Shown here one piece after another: positions 41,368 through 50,219 of a stretch of DNA of 64,000 nucleotides. Position numbers and translations under genes: made by a program. Numbering within the stretch: the stretch's first letter is position 1; the number at the start of each line of letters is the position of its first letter. This stretch comes from Pirellulales bacterium (lineage in GTDB: Bacteria > Planctomycetota > Planctomycetia > Pirellulales > PALSA-1355): NCBI GenBank assembly GCA_963733035.1, contig CAVTBU010000005.1:2368001-2432000 (forward strand). The letters are read 5' to 3'. A model generated the notes under the pieces. The model was not told the DNA's origin and ran no database searches. It was given only the letters and a program-made list of their open reading frames with translations.

Positions 41368-42924
41368 ATGATGCATTCCGCGTTAAGAACCGCTCTGTGC
41401 ACGCTGTTGTCGTGCTTGTTGATCGGGATGGCCAACGCCCCCCAGGCGAAGGGCGACGGCAACGTTGCGCCCGAGCAAGTTCGATCGGCGGTTGCAGAAT
41501 TAGAGAAGCTGATCGAGCAGACGCTCAAGAGCACCAGCGTGCCTGGCATCGCGGTGGCGGTGGTCCATCGCGACCAGGTGGTGTACAAGCGCGGCTTTGG
41601 TGTCCGCGAGGCGGGCAAGGCGGACCCCATCGACCCGGATACGGTGTTTCAGGTGGCCTCGATGTCCAAGCCGATCGCGTCGACCGTGTTGGCGGCGCTG
41701 GTGGGCGAGGGTCTGATCGGCTGGGATGATCGCGTGATCGATCACGACCCGGACTTCCGCATGTATCATCCGTTCGTCACGCGCGAGCTGCGGCTGCGGG
41801 ACTTGCTCTGCCATCGCAGCGGCCTGCCCGATCACTCCGGCGATCTGCTGGAAGACATCGGCTACGACGCACCGGAGATTCTGCGGCGGTTGCGATTTCA
41901 GCCGCCGGATAGTAGCTTTCGCACGCAGTTTGCCTACAACAACTTTGGCTATAGCGAGGCGGGCTACGCGGCGGCCAAGGCCATCGGCACGACGTGGAAT
42001 GAATTGGCGGCGAAGAAACTATTTGTGCCGCTGGGGATGACTTCGTCGAGCTATCGCTTTGCCGACTACGAGCAGGCGCAGAACCGGGCGATGCTTCATG
42101 TGCGCGTCGACGGAAAGTGGGCCGCGGCGAACATTCGCCAGCCCGATGCCCAGGCTCCGGCCGGCGGCGCCAGCTCGACGCTGAACGACTTGGTGCGCTG
42201 GATGCAACTGCAATTGAACGAAGGCAAGTGGAACGGCCAGCAACTTGTTGCGGCCGAGGCCTTGGCCGAAACGCATACGCCGCAGATCGTGACGAACTTT
42301 AGTGCCGAACAAGGGCGCGTCGGTTCCTATGGGCTGGGATGGAACGTGAGCGTGGAGCGCGGCGGCCGGGCGTTCTTCCGGCACTCAGGCGCCTTCTCGC
42401 TGGGCATGCGCACGGAGATTTCCATGCTGCCGTCGGAAGAGCTGGCCATCACGGTGCTGTCGAACGCCGCGCCCACCGGCGTGCCCGAAGGCCTGACCGA
42501 GAGCTTCTTCGACCTGGTGCTCGACGGCAAGCTCCAGCGCGACTGGGTGGAGTTCGCCAACCGCATGTTCGACGAAGAACTCAAACGCGAGCTGGGAAGC
42601 GAACGAGACTACAGCCACGCGCCCGCAAAGCCCACGCCGGCGCTCGCACTCTCGGCTTACACAGGCACGTATAAGAATGATTTCTTCGGCCCGATTGAGC
42701 TGGCCGAGCAGCAGGGAACGCTCGTGCTACGGATGGGACCCAGGCTGCGAGAGTTTCCGCTCCGGCACTGGGATCGCGACACGTTCATCTACCAACCCAC
42801 CGGCGAATCGGCCGGCGGCCCCAGCGGCGTCGTGTTCACCGTCGCCCCCGACGGCAAGGCCGACCGCATCCTCATCGAAAACCTGAACATCCACGGGCAG
42901 GGGGCGTTTTCGCGTGTGGAGTAG
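41368..42924 (+). CDS. Serine hydrolase, beta-lactamase/class C-like, with DUF3471-like C-terminal domain
   Basis: Signal peptide; ASMSK (SxxK), LLCHRSGL, YNN, HSG; LSAYTGTYKNDFFG. Confidence 0.92.
   Translation: MMHSALRTALCTLLSCLLIGMANAPQAKGDGNVAPEQVRSAVAELEKLIEQTLKSTSVPGIAVAVVHRDQVVYKRGFGVREAGKADPIDPDTVFQVASMSKPIASTVLAALVGEGLIGWDDRVIDHDPDFRMYHPFVTRELRLRDLLCHRSGLPDHSGDLLEDIGYDAPEILRRLRFQPPDSSFRTQFAYNNFGYSEAGYAAAKAIGTTWNELAAKKLFVPLGMTSSSYRFADYEQAQNRAMLHVRVDGKWAAANIRQPDAQAPAGGASSTLNDLVRWMQLQLNEGKWNGQQLVAAEALAETHTPQIVTNFSAEQGRVGSYGLGWNVSVERGGRAFFRHSGAFSLGMRTEISMLPSEELAITVLSNAAPTGVPEGLTESFFDLVLDGKLQRDWVEFANRMFDEELKRELGSERDYSHAPAKPTPALALSAYTGTYKNDFFGPIELAEQQGTLVLRMGPRLREFPLRHWDRDTFIYQPTGESAGGPSGVVFTVAPDGKADRILIENLNIHGQGAFSRVE
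42820..42914 (+). repeat. 95-bp direct repeat, left copy (inside the 3' end of the serine hydrolase gene)
   Basis: Identical to 47674-47768 by direct comparison. Confidence 0.95.
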
Positions 42925-43049
42925 GTGGTGGGAATCGCAGTCGGCAAGTGGGTCGCTTCGACGCATGCGATTCGGCCTCGCAATGTCGCTGCGCGACCAG
43001 ACATTTGCGCCGAATGCATGCATCATTTCGTCGGATGAAGGTCCAGACC

Positions 43050-46000
43050 CTATCGAAGCTTGGCGCTAAGGAGCTGTTCAATCTCCTGCCACGCGTTCGC
43101 CGAACCGACTAGCTTGCCGTCAGGACCAATCAGATAGTACGCCGGAACCGAGCTGATCCCCAATTGATGCATCATGTCGGAGTCGTCACCGAGATAGTTC
43201 TGGGCCCAATTCCAGCCGCCGTCTCGCGCGAGCGACTTGGCCGCGGCAGGGTCTTTATCGACGTTTAAGCCGACGACCGTCAGTGGGCTATTGGAACGTT
43301 GTAGCACGGTCGACATCACTTGGGGCATGGCTGCCAGGCACGGTTTACACCAGCTGGCCCACACGTGAAAGAGTACATAGCGGTCCGTCATTTCGTTGAC
43401 TAACCGCACGCGCCCCTCGGAATCGGTAAATTTGTATGCGCGCATATCGGAGCCGACTCGTGGACCGCGCCGGCAGGGGACATCGATTTCGCCGAGCGAC
43501 ACTTCGCCTGACTGCTGATTTTCCGCGATTGTGATTGGAATGACCTTCGCACCAATGCTCTCGACAAGACAGCCGGCGGGTTGTTCGTAGAGCTGAATGA
43601 CCAGATCATATGAGCCTGGACGAACTCCCTGGATCCGCATGCGACCATCCTCAGTAAGCTTCACGAAGTGGTTCTCCCGCGTCGCCACCCAGGCCGAAAA
43701 ACCAGGCTCCCGCAGCCAGGCTGTATCCAAGGGGCCATTGGGATCAAAACTCAAGGGTTCCGCGTCGCGTGGATACGCAACTCCGGGGCTACGGCTGACC
43801 AGATAGTTGAGCGACCAGCGCTTACTGAGCGAGTCGTTGTCGCCGCCGGTCGCCACGACGCGGCCGGTCACCGTCGCCCCGTCGCCGCCGAGCAATAGCT
43901 CAACCTGGTCCCCCGCCTTCAAATCAAGCGGCACCGACTCGCCCGAGGTCAGCACCGAGTCCTCCCAGGGGCCCAGCGCGGGTCGCACCGATGCGCGCAT
44001 CGGCGGCAGCCGTTCGAACCGAAAGTTGCCGTCGAGATCGGTCTTGGTCGAGAATCCATCCTGAAACCGCGCTTCCGTCAGCGCGCGTTGGGCCAGCGGC
44101 AAAAGGTAAATCCCCGTGTTGGCAACCGGCTTGTCGTCTTGCACAAGGCGTCCAGATACGGAAGCCCACGGCCGAAGCGTAATGGTTTCAATCGGTTCAT
44201 CCCGTTCGCGATACACTTCGGCAAACCCCGTCTTGTTGAACGCCCGAATCCGCTGCGGCTCGAACGTCGCCGGCAGGTCAAAGGTGTTCTTGCCGACGAC
44301 CGGGAAGGTGATTCCAAATTCCGCCTCATGCCGATCGACGCTAAAGTGCGGCGAGGTGGTCGGCGTTCCGACCGCAACGGTGAACTTGTTGACCGGCGCA
44401 CCGCTGACGTCGACAACCGTGCTCCGCAGCGCGGGCACCTTTTCGAGCGCGAAGTTCTCCTCGAGCGGCGGATCCCCGTCCCCAAGCGACTTCTCGCCGA
44501 GCGCCGTGCGATATCCGTCGGCTTCAATCCGCACACGATACCGATTGCCCGTCGGTCCATAGGTATCGAATTCGATCTTGTAGTCGCCGTCTTTTCCCTC
44601 GGCCACACTCCCGTCTTGAAAATCGGTCGAGTAAAAGTCGGGGCGGAACGCTTTGACCGGAATCACGCGAAACTGCTCAATCAGCTTGCCACTCTCGGCA
44701 TCGGTGACGCGTCCAAAGATCGTGACCGGCGATGATAGCACTACGGTGTGCGGCTCGGCTTTGGCGACGAGCGTCAACTCTTTCATCGCATACCCAACCG
44801 CGCCGATGCGGTAGCCCACCCCGTCCGTGGGAGCCCAGGCCCAGCGATAAATCCCGTCCTTGTCTGCCTTGCGCGGGATTCTGGAATCCGGAACGTTCGG
44901 ATGGTCCTGGTTGAAGATCGCTTCGGTTCCTCGCCACTCGCCAATCTGCACACTGGCTTCCGGAATCGGCTGGCCCTGCTGGTTGACAATCTTGATTGTG
45001 ATCGAATGGCCCGGCTGGAGCTTGAAATCCACCGCCTTGAGCGCCGCGTTCACCCGAATCTTTCGCTGCTCCGGCGCGAAACCAGGCGCCAGCACCGTGA
45101 TCGGATACTCGCCCGGCGCGAGCCGCAAGGTCTCGTATTTGCCCGAGGCGTCGATCTGAGTTTCATTCACTGCTTGTCCCCAGTACGGTCGATCGTTCCA
45201 GACAACGAGCCCTTCGGTCACCGGATGACCGTCCGGCCCGGTGATCGATCCGGTTACCGCGACTCCGCGATCCAGCGTCAACCGGGCCGTACCCGCCCGT
45301 AGCTCTTCGGTCGTGATCCCCTGCTGCGTCTGCAACTCGCCGTACTTCGTGTCGCCCGCAAAGTCTCGATGCGTAACCATCAACTGGAAACGGTAGTCGG
45401 ACTTTTCGCGCGGCGCCGGCGCGTTAACGATCTCCCATCGGCCGTCCTTGTCGGTAACCGCTGCCCCCTCATCTTCGGCAAGCCAGGTGCTCACGATCGG
45501 CTGGGGATTCGCACCCCAGTATTCGTAGTCGGATACTACCTTCACTTGAACCCGAGCGTCGGACACCGGCGTCCCCTCCTCATCTACAATCACCCCGCTC
45601 AGACGCGTGCCCGGTTGCAGCCGAAACTCATACGTCTCGGGCAGCAAGCGGCCATCCTCGTGCGTTCCCTCGGCAAAATTCACAAACTGCGGCACATAGC
45701 CGGCCTTCGAAGGCCACAGTCGAAGGATCCGCAGCCGCTGTGAAATCTCGACCTGCACCTCCCCCCGCTCGTTTGCCGTGTAGTTGCGGTTCGGCGGTCG
45801 CTTCGACCCCGGATCAACCGCCCAGATGCTCGCATAGACGTTCGCCTCGGGTATTGGCTTTCCCGCCTCGTCGAGCACGCGGATCACCATCGTCCGCGAC
45901 GCGCTGGGATCTTCCGCCCCGGGCGTTTCTTCTGTATGCGGTTTCTCTGTTTGCGTCTTTTCTGCGTTCGACTTCGCCGTGGCCGGCTGCTTTACCGCGG

Positions 46001-47132
46001 CACTTTCCTGCTCCTCCGCACGCGAGGTCAATTGCAACGAACCAACGACGATCGAGATCGCAATCGCCGCAATTCCAACCACGCGGGCCACGGGCTTCGA
46101 CATCGATGCCCGGCGTCGCGTCGCGTCCAGGATCGCGCGGATCCGGCTTTCGACCTGCGCCGTGCGCGCCATCGCCACCGTGCCAACCCGCTGCCGACAG
46201 CGATACTCCTTCGCCACGTTCAACAGCGTCTCCGCATAACTACTGGGCCGGCTCGTGTGCGCGACCACCACGTCGTCGCAGGCAATCTCTCGCAACCGTT
46301 TCATCTCGGCCGCGCCCCACCAGGCCAGCGGATTGAACCAGTACACCGCACAGCACAGCCCCGCGATCGATTGCGTCAGCACGTCGCGGCGCTGCACGTG
46401 GGCCAGTTCATGTAGCAAGACCTGCCGCCGGCGGTCGATCGTCCATTTGTCGGCATCGCTCGGCAAAAGCACCACTGGGCGCCAGCAGCCAACTACCATC
46501 GGCGAAACGGCTCCGGAATGCGACCGCAGCGGAACAACCCGCCGCACGCCCAGTTGCCGTGCAACCGTGTCTCGCGATTGGCACCAGCTTTCGCTTTCGA
46601 CCTTCGCACAGTGGCGCACAGCGCGCGCCACGGCAACACCTTGCTGAAGGAATCTCGCAACCCCAATGGCCATTCCGGCGCACCATGCGACCAGCAACCA
46701 TGTCGCCGGCGAGGGCCATTCGATCGCCCTGCGGGCAGCCGTGGACAGTGCTTGAGCTCGCCGTTCCCGATTCTTCCGCGCCAACTCGATCGCAGGCGGA
46801 ATCTCCGCGAATGCAGGGGTTTGCGGCATGCGGCCCGCCTGAGAGGCGAAAGCGTCCGCGCGAGCAGTCTCTCGAATCGGAACGCTGGCAGTGGCCGTGG
46901 CTGCCGGTTGCGAATCCTGAGACGGCAGCAACGGCAACGCCACGTTGGGCAGCAGCAGCGTCACCATTGGGATCAGGAGACAACTGGCGAAACCAAGCGC
47001 CCAAATGTGGTGATTCACGGCGGCCGAGCGCCGTCGGCAGGCGCTCGCAACGCCGAGCGTAATGGCCAGCAGCAGAAACGAACGGACCGCGATATTCACC
47101 AGCGGAAGATGCTCGAAGAGTTGCGTGGCCAT
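43050..47132 (-). CDS. BlaR1-like M56 peptidase fused to carboxypeptidase-regulatory-like beta repeats and a C-terminal TlpA/thioredoxin domain
   Basis: N-terminal TMs; LLHELAHVQRRD, YWFNPL, REIACDD; repeated G.V.D..G.PV..A.V units; WASWCKPC. Confidence 0.9.
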   Translation of the reverse strand: MATQLFEHLPLVNIAVRSFLLLAITLGVASACRRRSAAVNHHIWALGFASCLLIPMVTLLLPNVALPLLPSQDSQPAATATASVPIRETARADAFASQAGRMPQTPAFAEIPPAIELARKNRERRAQALSTAARRAIEWPSPATWLLVAWCAGMAIGVARFLQQGVAVARAVRHCAKVESESWCQSRDTVARQLGVRRVVPLRSHSGAVSPMVVGCWRPVVLLPSDADKWTIDRRRQVLLHELAHVQRRDVLTQSIAGLCCAVYWFNPLAWWGAAEMKRLREIACDDVVVAHTSRPSSYAETLLNVAKEYRCRQRVGTVAMARTAQVESRIRAILDATRRRASMSKPVARVVGIAAIAISIVVGSLQLTSRAEEQESAAVKQPATAKSNAEKTQTEKPHTEETPGAEDPSASRTMVIRVLDEAGKPIPEANVYASIWAVDPGSKRPPNRNYTANERGEVQVEISQRLRILRLWPSKAGYVPQFVNFAEGTHEDGRLLPETYEFRLQPGTRLSGVIVDEEGTPVSDARVQVKVVSDYEYWGANPQPIVSTWLAEDEGAAVTDKDGRWEIVNAPAPREKSDYRFQLMVTHRDFAGDTKYGELQTQQGITTEELRAGTARLTLDRGVAVTGSITGPDGHPVTEGLVVWNDRPYWGQAVNETQIDASGKYETLRLAPGEYPITVLAPGFAPEQRKIRVNAALKAVDFKLQPGHSITIKIVNQQGQPIPEASVQIGEWRGTEAIFNQDHPNVPDSRIPRKADKDGIYRWAWAPTDGVGYRIGAVGYAMKELTLVAKAEPHTVVLSSPVTIFGRVTDAESGKLIEQFRVIPVKAFRPDFYSTDFQDGSVAEGKDGDYKIEFDTYGPTGNRYRVRIEADGYRTALGEKSLGDGDPPLEENFALEKVPALRSTVVDVSGAPVNKFTVAVGTPTTSPHFSVDRHEAEFGITFPVVGKNTFDLPATFEPQRIRAFNKTGFAEVYRERDEPIETITLRPWASVSGRLVQDDKPVANTGIYLLPLAQRALTEARFQDGFSTKTDLDGNFRFERLPPMRASVRPALGPWEDSVLTSGESVPLDLKAGDQVELLLGGDGATVTGRVVATGGDNDSLSKRWSLNYLVSRSPGVAYPRDAEPLSFDPNGPLDTAWLREPGFSAWVATRENHFVKLTEDGRMRIQGVRPGSYDLVIQLYEQPAGCLVESIGAKVIPITIAENQQSGEVSLGEIDVPCRRGPRVGSDMRAYKFTDSEGRVRLVNEMTDRYVLFHVWASWCKPCLAAMPQVMSTVLQRSNSPLTVVGLNVDKDPAAAKSLARDGGWNWAQNYLGDDSDMMHQLGISSVPAYYLIGPDGKLVGSANAWQEIEQLLSAKLR

Positions 47133-47136
47133 TTCG

Positions 47137-47529
47137 TCATTCCTTCGTGCGTGCGCGTCGGATTGCTCGTTCAAGCCGCTCGATATCGTCGTCGGAAAGC
47201 TTCTTGGCAGAGTCGTCGATCAACGCTGCCAAAGCATCGCCCGGTGAATTGGGAAAGAACGTCTCAATCAGCCGATGAAAGGCGGACAGGCCGGCAACCT
47301 TCTGCGGCTTCACCGCTTGATAGAAATGCGTCACGTCAGTACGGTCACGTCGCAGATAGCCCTTCCGCTCAAGCTGTCCCAGCATGGTGCGGACCGCGGA
47401 ATAGCTAGGCGCGTCGGCGAGATGATCGCGGACCTCGGCCACCGAGGCTTTGCCCAGGCGATAAACAACACTCATGATCTGCTCCTCGCGAGGAGCTAGC
47501 TTCCGCGAAATCTTCTTTTTGGGAACCAT
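47137..47529 (-). CDS. BlaI/MecI/CopY family repressor
   Basis: REEQIMSVVY..G.ASVAEV...PSYSAVRTML..LERKG. Confidence 0.92.
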   Translation of the reverse strand: MVPKKKISRKLAPREEQIMSVVYRLGKASVAEVRDHLADAPSYSAVRTMLGQLERKGYLRRDRTDVTHFYQAVKPQKVAGLSAFHRLIETFFPNSPGDALAALIDDSAKKLSDDDIERLERAIRRARTKE

Positions 47530-47561
47530 TCGAACGACTTCCACAAATCTGAGTCGCTGAT

Positions 47562-47617
47562 ACATGTCAATTTATTAGCACATGTCATTGTATTGACACA
47601 TAACGTGGTGTCAATAC
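47562..47617 (-). promoter_or_regulatory. Promoter/operator of the blaI-M56 operon
   Basis: Perfect inverted repeat GTATTGACAC-N8-GTGTCAATAC (47590-47617); minus-strand TTGACA-N16-TACAAT; tandem ACATGTCA boxes. Confidence 0.75.
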
Positions 47618-47673
47618 GGAGTCGACAGACTTGGAAAAACCAAGAACGCCTGGATTGCGCAGTAGACGATTTG

Positions 47674-47768
47674 CCCAGCGGCGTCGTGTTCACCGTCGCC
47701 CCCGACGGCAAGGCCGACCGCATCCTCATCGAAAACCTGAACATCCACGGGCAGGGGGCGTTTTCGCG
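47674..47768 (+). repeat. 95-bp direct repeat, right copy (orphan 3' end of the serine hydrolase gene, with its own TAG at the same offset)
   Basis: Identical to 42820-42914; encodes PSGVVFTVAPDGKADRILIENLNIHGQGAFSR then IR* instead of VE*. Confidence 0.95.
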
Positions 47769-47845
47769 GATCCGGTAGGGCAGTGACCGGATGAAGTTCC
47801 TGGACAAATCGCGACGAGCGCAAGGCAAACCGATTCGCGGTGCAT

Positions 47846-49408
47846 TCATTCATGCCGCAAGGCAGCAACAGGGTCGATTTGCGCTGCGCGCCTGGCCGGA
47901 TAAACGGCGGCCAGCGTCGTAACCACGATGGCAAACGCGAGCACGGCAGTCACGAGCCACACCGGAAACACGAACAGCGAATCTTCAAGCTCGTAGGGAT
48001 ATTTTCCGGCGACCATTCCGCGGATCCAGGCCTCGCCAGGATAAGATGCTCCCCAAGCGGCAATGAGTCCCAGAGTTCCCCCAACCAGGCCGATCAGCGC
48101 GCCTTCGATCAAGAACACGCAGATAAGTTGCCCCGGAGCGGCACCGACGGCCTTCATAATGCCGATTTCCCTGGTTCGTTCCAACACACCCATCAGCATA
48201 GTGTTGGCGATTCCCAGGGCCGACACCAGCAGGGCCACGGCCGCGACGCAAGTCATGCCGCCGAAGATCAGCAGGTACGTCAACCGCTGGCGATCGATCT
48301 CGTCCAAAGGCGCGAATACAGATAGCCCCGTTTCCTTGATGCGGTCGTAAACGGCGCGCGTGTGCTCCTCATCATCGACGATCACGATCACCTGACCGAT
48401 ATCCCATTTCTCTGGTCCGAATGCATCGTCGGCCAAATTCATCGCCGTTTCGTACGGGACGATGCAATCGTTCCTGACCGCCAAGGGCTCCCACAGCCCA
48501 CGTTGGTCGTCGTCGGTCGGCATCCGCACCACGCCGACGATGGGCAATTCCGCCGCGTAAACAAATGGGGGTGCGGCCTCCTGACTGATTGCTTTGTTCA
48601 GGAGCTCGATCTCCGCCGCAGTCAAATCGAGCTGGTCGAGCACGCCGGGAAGATTCTTCGTCACCTTGTCCAGCGCCGTTTGTTCCGCGCGCGTCGCGAA
48701 ACTGTCGTCGGATTTGACCAGGTGCACGACCAACCCTGGATGGGGCGCTTGGATGCGAAACTCGATTCGAAGATACCGCCCCACGGCCCGGGCCACGTCG
48801 TCGTCGTCCGCAATGCCGAGTTGATACAACAGAAACTCGCTCACTACGACCGCCGATTCGTCCGCGGCATGGAACATTCGGCCGGCGACCAATCGCCGCG
48901 TGCAGGCCTCGTCGTCGGGGCGAGCCGTAGCGAGACCGGTCCGCTCGTCTCTACCGTCGAGGATCGCTTGACCGCCGAGTTGAAGCAGCGGCACCGCCAC
49001 GGCCACGTGAGCGAATGCCTGCAGCTCGGCCAAACGGCTTCGAGTGAGCGGCTCGACCGTATTCTGATAATTGTATCGCCGCTCGTGTTCTGCGAGGGCT
49101 TGTCGAATGCGCTGCCGTTTGGCCTCGCTCATGTCGCCCGACACAGGCATGCTGTTGACTTTCGACTCGGCCGGCCGCCACTCTGGCGAAACGACGATCG
49201 TTCGCAGCATGTCGCTACGGCGTGAGATGGCGTCAATCGTGTCCTGCACTCCCTGGCCAATCGACAAGCTGGCAGCCAGCACGAAGCTGCCGAATACGAC
49301 TCCGAGCGTAGTCAGCAACGTTCGCGACTTCTGCTGCCATAAGGCAATCAAAGGCAACGAGAGCTGGTCGCCGAGGCGGATGGACTGCCGTGGGGTCGTT
49401 GCGTTCAT
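47846..49408 (-). CDS. ABC transporter permease (MacB/FtsX family)
   Basis: RTLLTTLGV..G; large periplasmic domain; GIANTMLMGVLERTREIGIMKAVGA; PARRAAQIDPVAALRHE; ATGA overlap with the ATPase. Confidence 0.93.
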   Translation of the reverse strand: MNATTPRQSIRLGDQLSLPLIALWQQKSRTLLTTLGVVFGSFVLAASLSIGQGVQDTIDAISRRSDMLRTIVVSPEWRPAESKVNSMPVSGDMSEAKRQRIRQALAEHERRYNYQNTVEPLTRSRLAELQAFAHVAVAVPLLQLGGQAILDGRDERTGLATARPDDEACTRRLVAGRMFHAADESAVVVSEFLLYQLGIADDDDVARAVGRYLRIEFRIQAPHPGLVVHLVKSDDSFATRAEQTALDKVTKNLPGVLDQLDLTAAEIELLNKAISQEAAPPFVYAAELPIVGVVRMPTDDDQRGLWEPLAVRNDCIVPYETAMNLADDAFGPEKWDIGQVIVIVDDEEHTRAVYDRIKETGLSVFAPLDEIDRQRLTYLLIFGGMTCVAAVALLVSALGIANTMLMGVLERTREIGIMKAVGAAPGQLICVFLIEGALIGLVGGTLGLIAAWGASYPGEAWIRGMVAGKYPYELEDSLFVFPVWLVTAVLAFAIVVTTLAAVYPARRAAQIDPVAALRHE

Positions 49409-50118
49409 GCGTTCAATCGCCCGTCTTGAATCTGCAAAATGCGATCCGTGCATTGGCCGGCCAGCTCCGCGTCATGCGTAATCAGAATCAACGTGGCGTC
49501 GCGACGGCGGACATATTCGAGCACTAACCCGATCACATCAGCGGCCGTCTGACTATCGAGATTTCCCGTGGGTTCGTCGGCCAACACCACGGTTGGCCGA
49601 TTGACCAGGGCCCTGGCGATCGCTACTCGCTGACACTCGCCGCCGCTCAATTGCGAGGGGAGATGCCGCATCCGATCGGCAAGCCCGACAGCCGCCAACG
49701 ATTCGCCCGCGATCGCGCGCCGCTCAGCGGGTGGCAGGCCTGCGAAGATCATCGGCAGCTCGACATTCTCCAGCGCGGTGCGTGATGGAATGAGATTGAA
49801 CGATTGAAAGATCATGCCGACGCTGGAAGTGCGAAAGCGGGCCATCTCGCGGGCAGTCAGGCGACCGAGATCGTGGCCTGCCACCTCCAATTGCCCCGAA
49901 GTCGGATGATCGAGCCCGCCGAGCAGGTTCAACAGCGTCGATTTTCCAGAACCGGACTTACCCAGAATCGCCACCCGCTGGCCGCACTCCAGCGTTAGCG
50001 AAACTCCGCGCAACGCATGCACCGGCGCGTCGTCCGCGCCATAGACCTTCGTCACCTTGACCGCGCGAACTGCCGGAATGTCAGCTGACAACGCGGGCGA
50101 TACAGTAATCGAATGCAC
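49405..50118 (-). CDS. ABC transporter ATP-binding protein (LolD/MacB-like)
   Basis: GKSGSGKS, LSGGECQR, LADEPTGNLD, ITHD; start uncertain. Confidence 0.93.
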   Translation of the reverse strand: MHSITVSPALSADIPAVRAVKVTKVYGADDAPVHALRGVSLTLECGQRVAILGKSGSGKSTLLNLLGGLDHPTSGQLEVAGHDLGRLTAREMARFRTSSVGMIFQSFNLIPSRTALENVELPMIFAGLPPAERRAIAGESLAAVGLADRMRHLPSQLSGGECQRVAIARALVNRPTVVLADEPTGNLDSQTAADVIGLVLEYVRRRDATLILITHDAELAGQCTDRILQIQDGRLNA

Positions 50119-50219
50119 GGGCTCTATTCCGGAAAGTGAGACTGACCTGTCGCCGCGCACAGAGGCCAACTATCAATCTACCAGCCGCGTCGCGCGGCCG
50201 AAAGATAAATCGGTGTTGG

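Noticed and set aside
42820..47768. 95-bp repeat as a diversity-generating retroelement TR/VR pair
   Set aside because: The copies are identical (no adenine-specific differences) and there is no reverse transcriptase in the window
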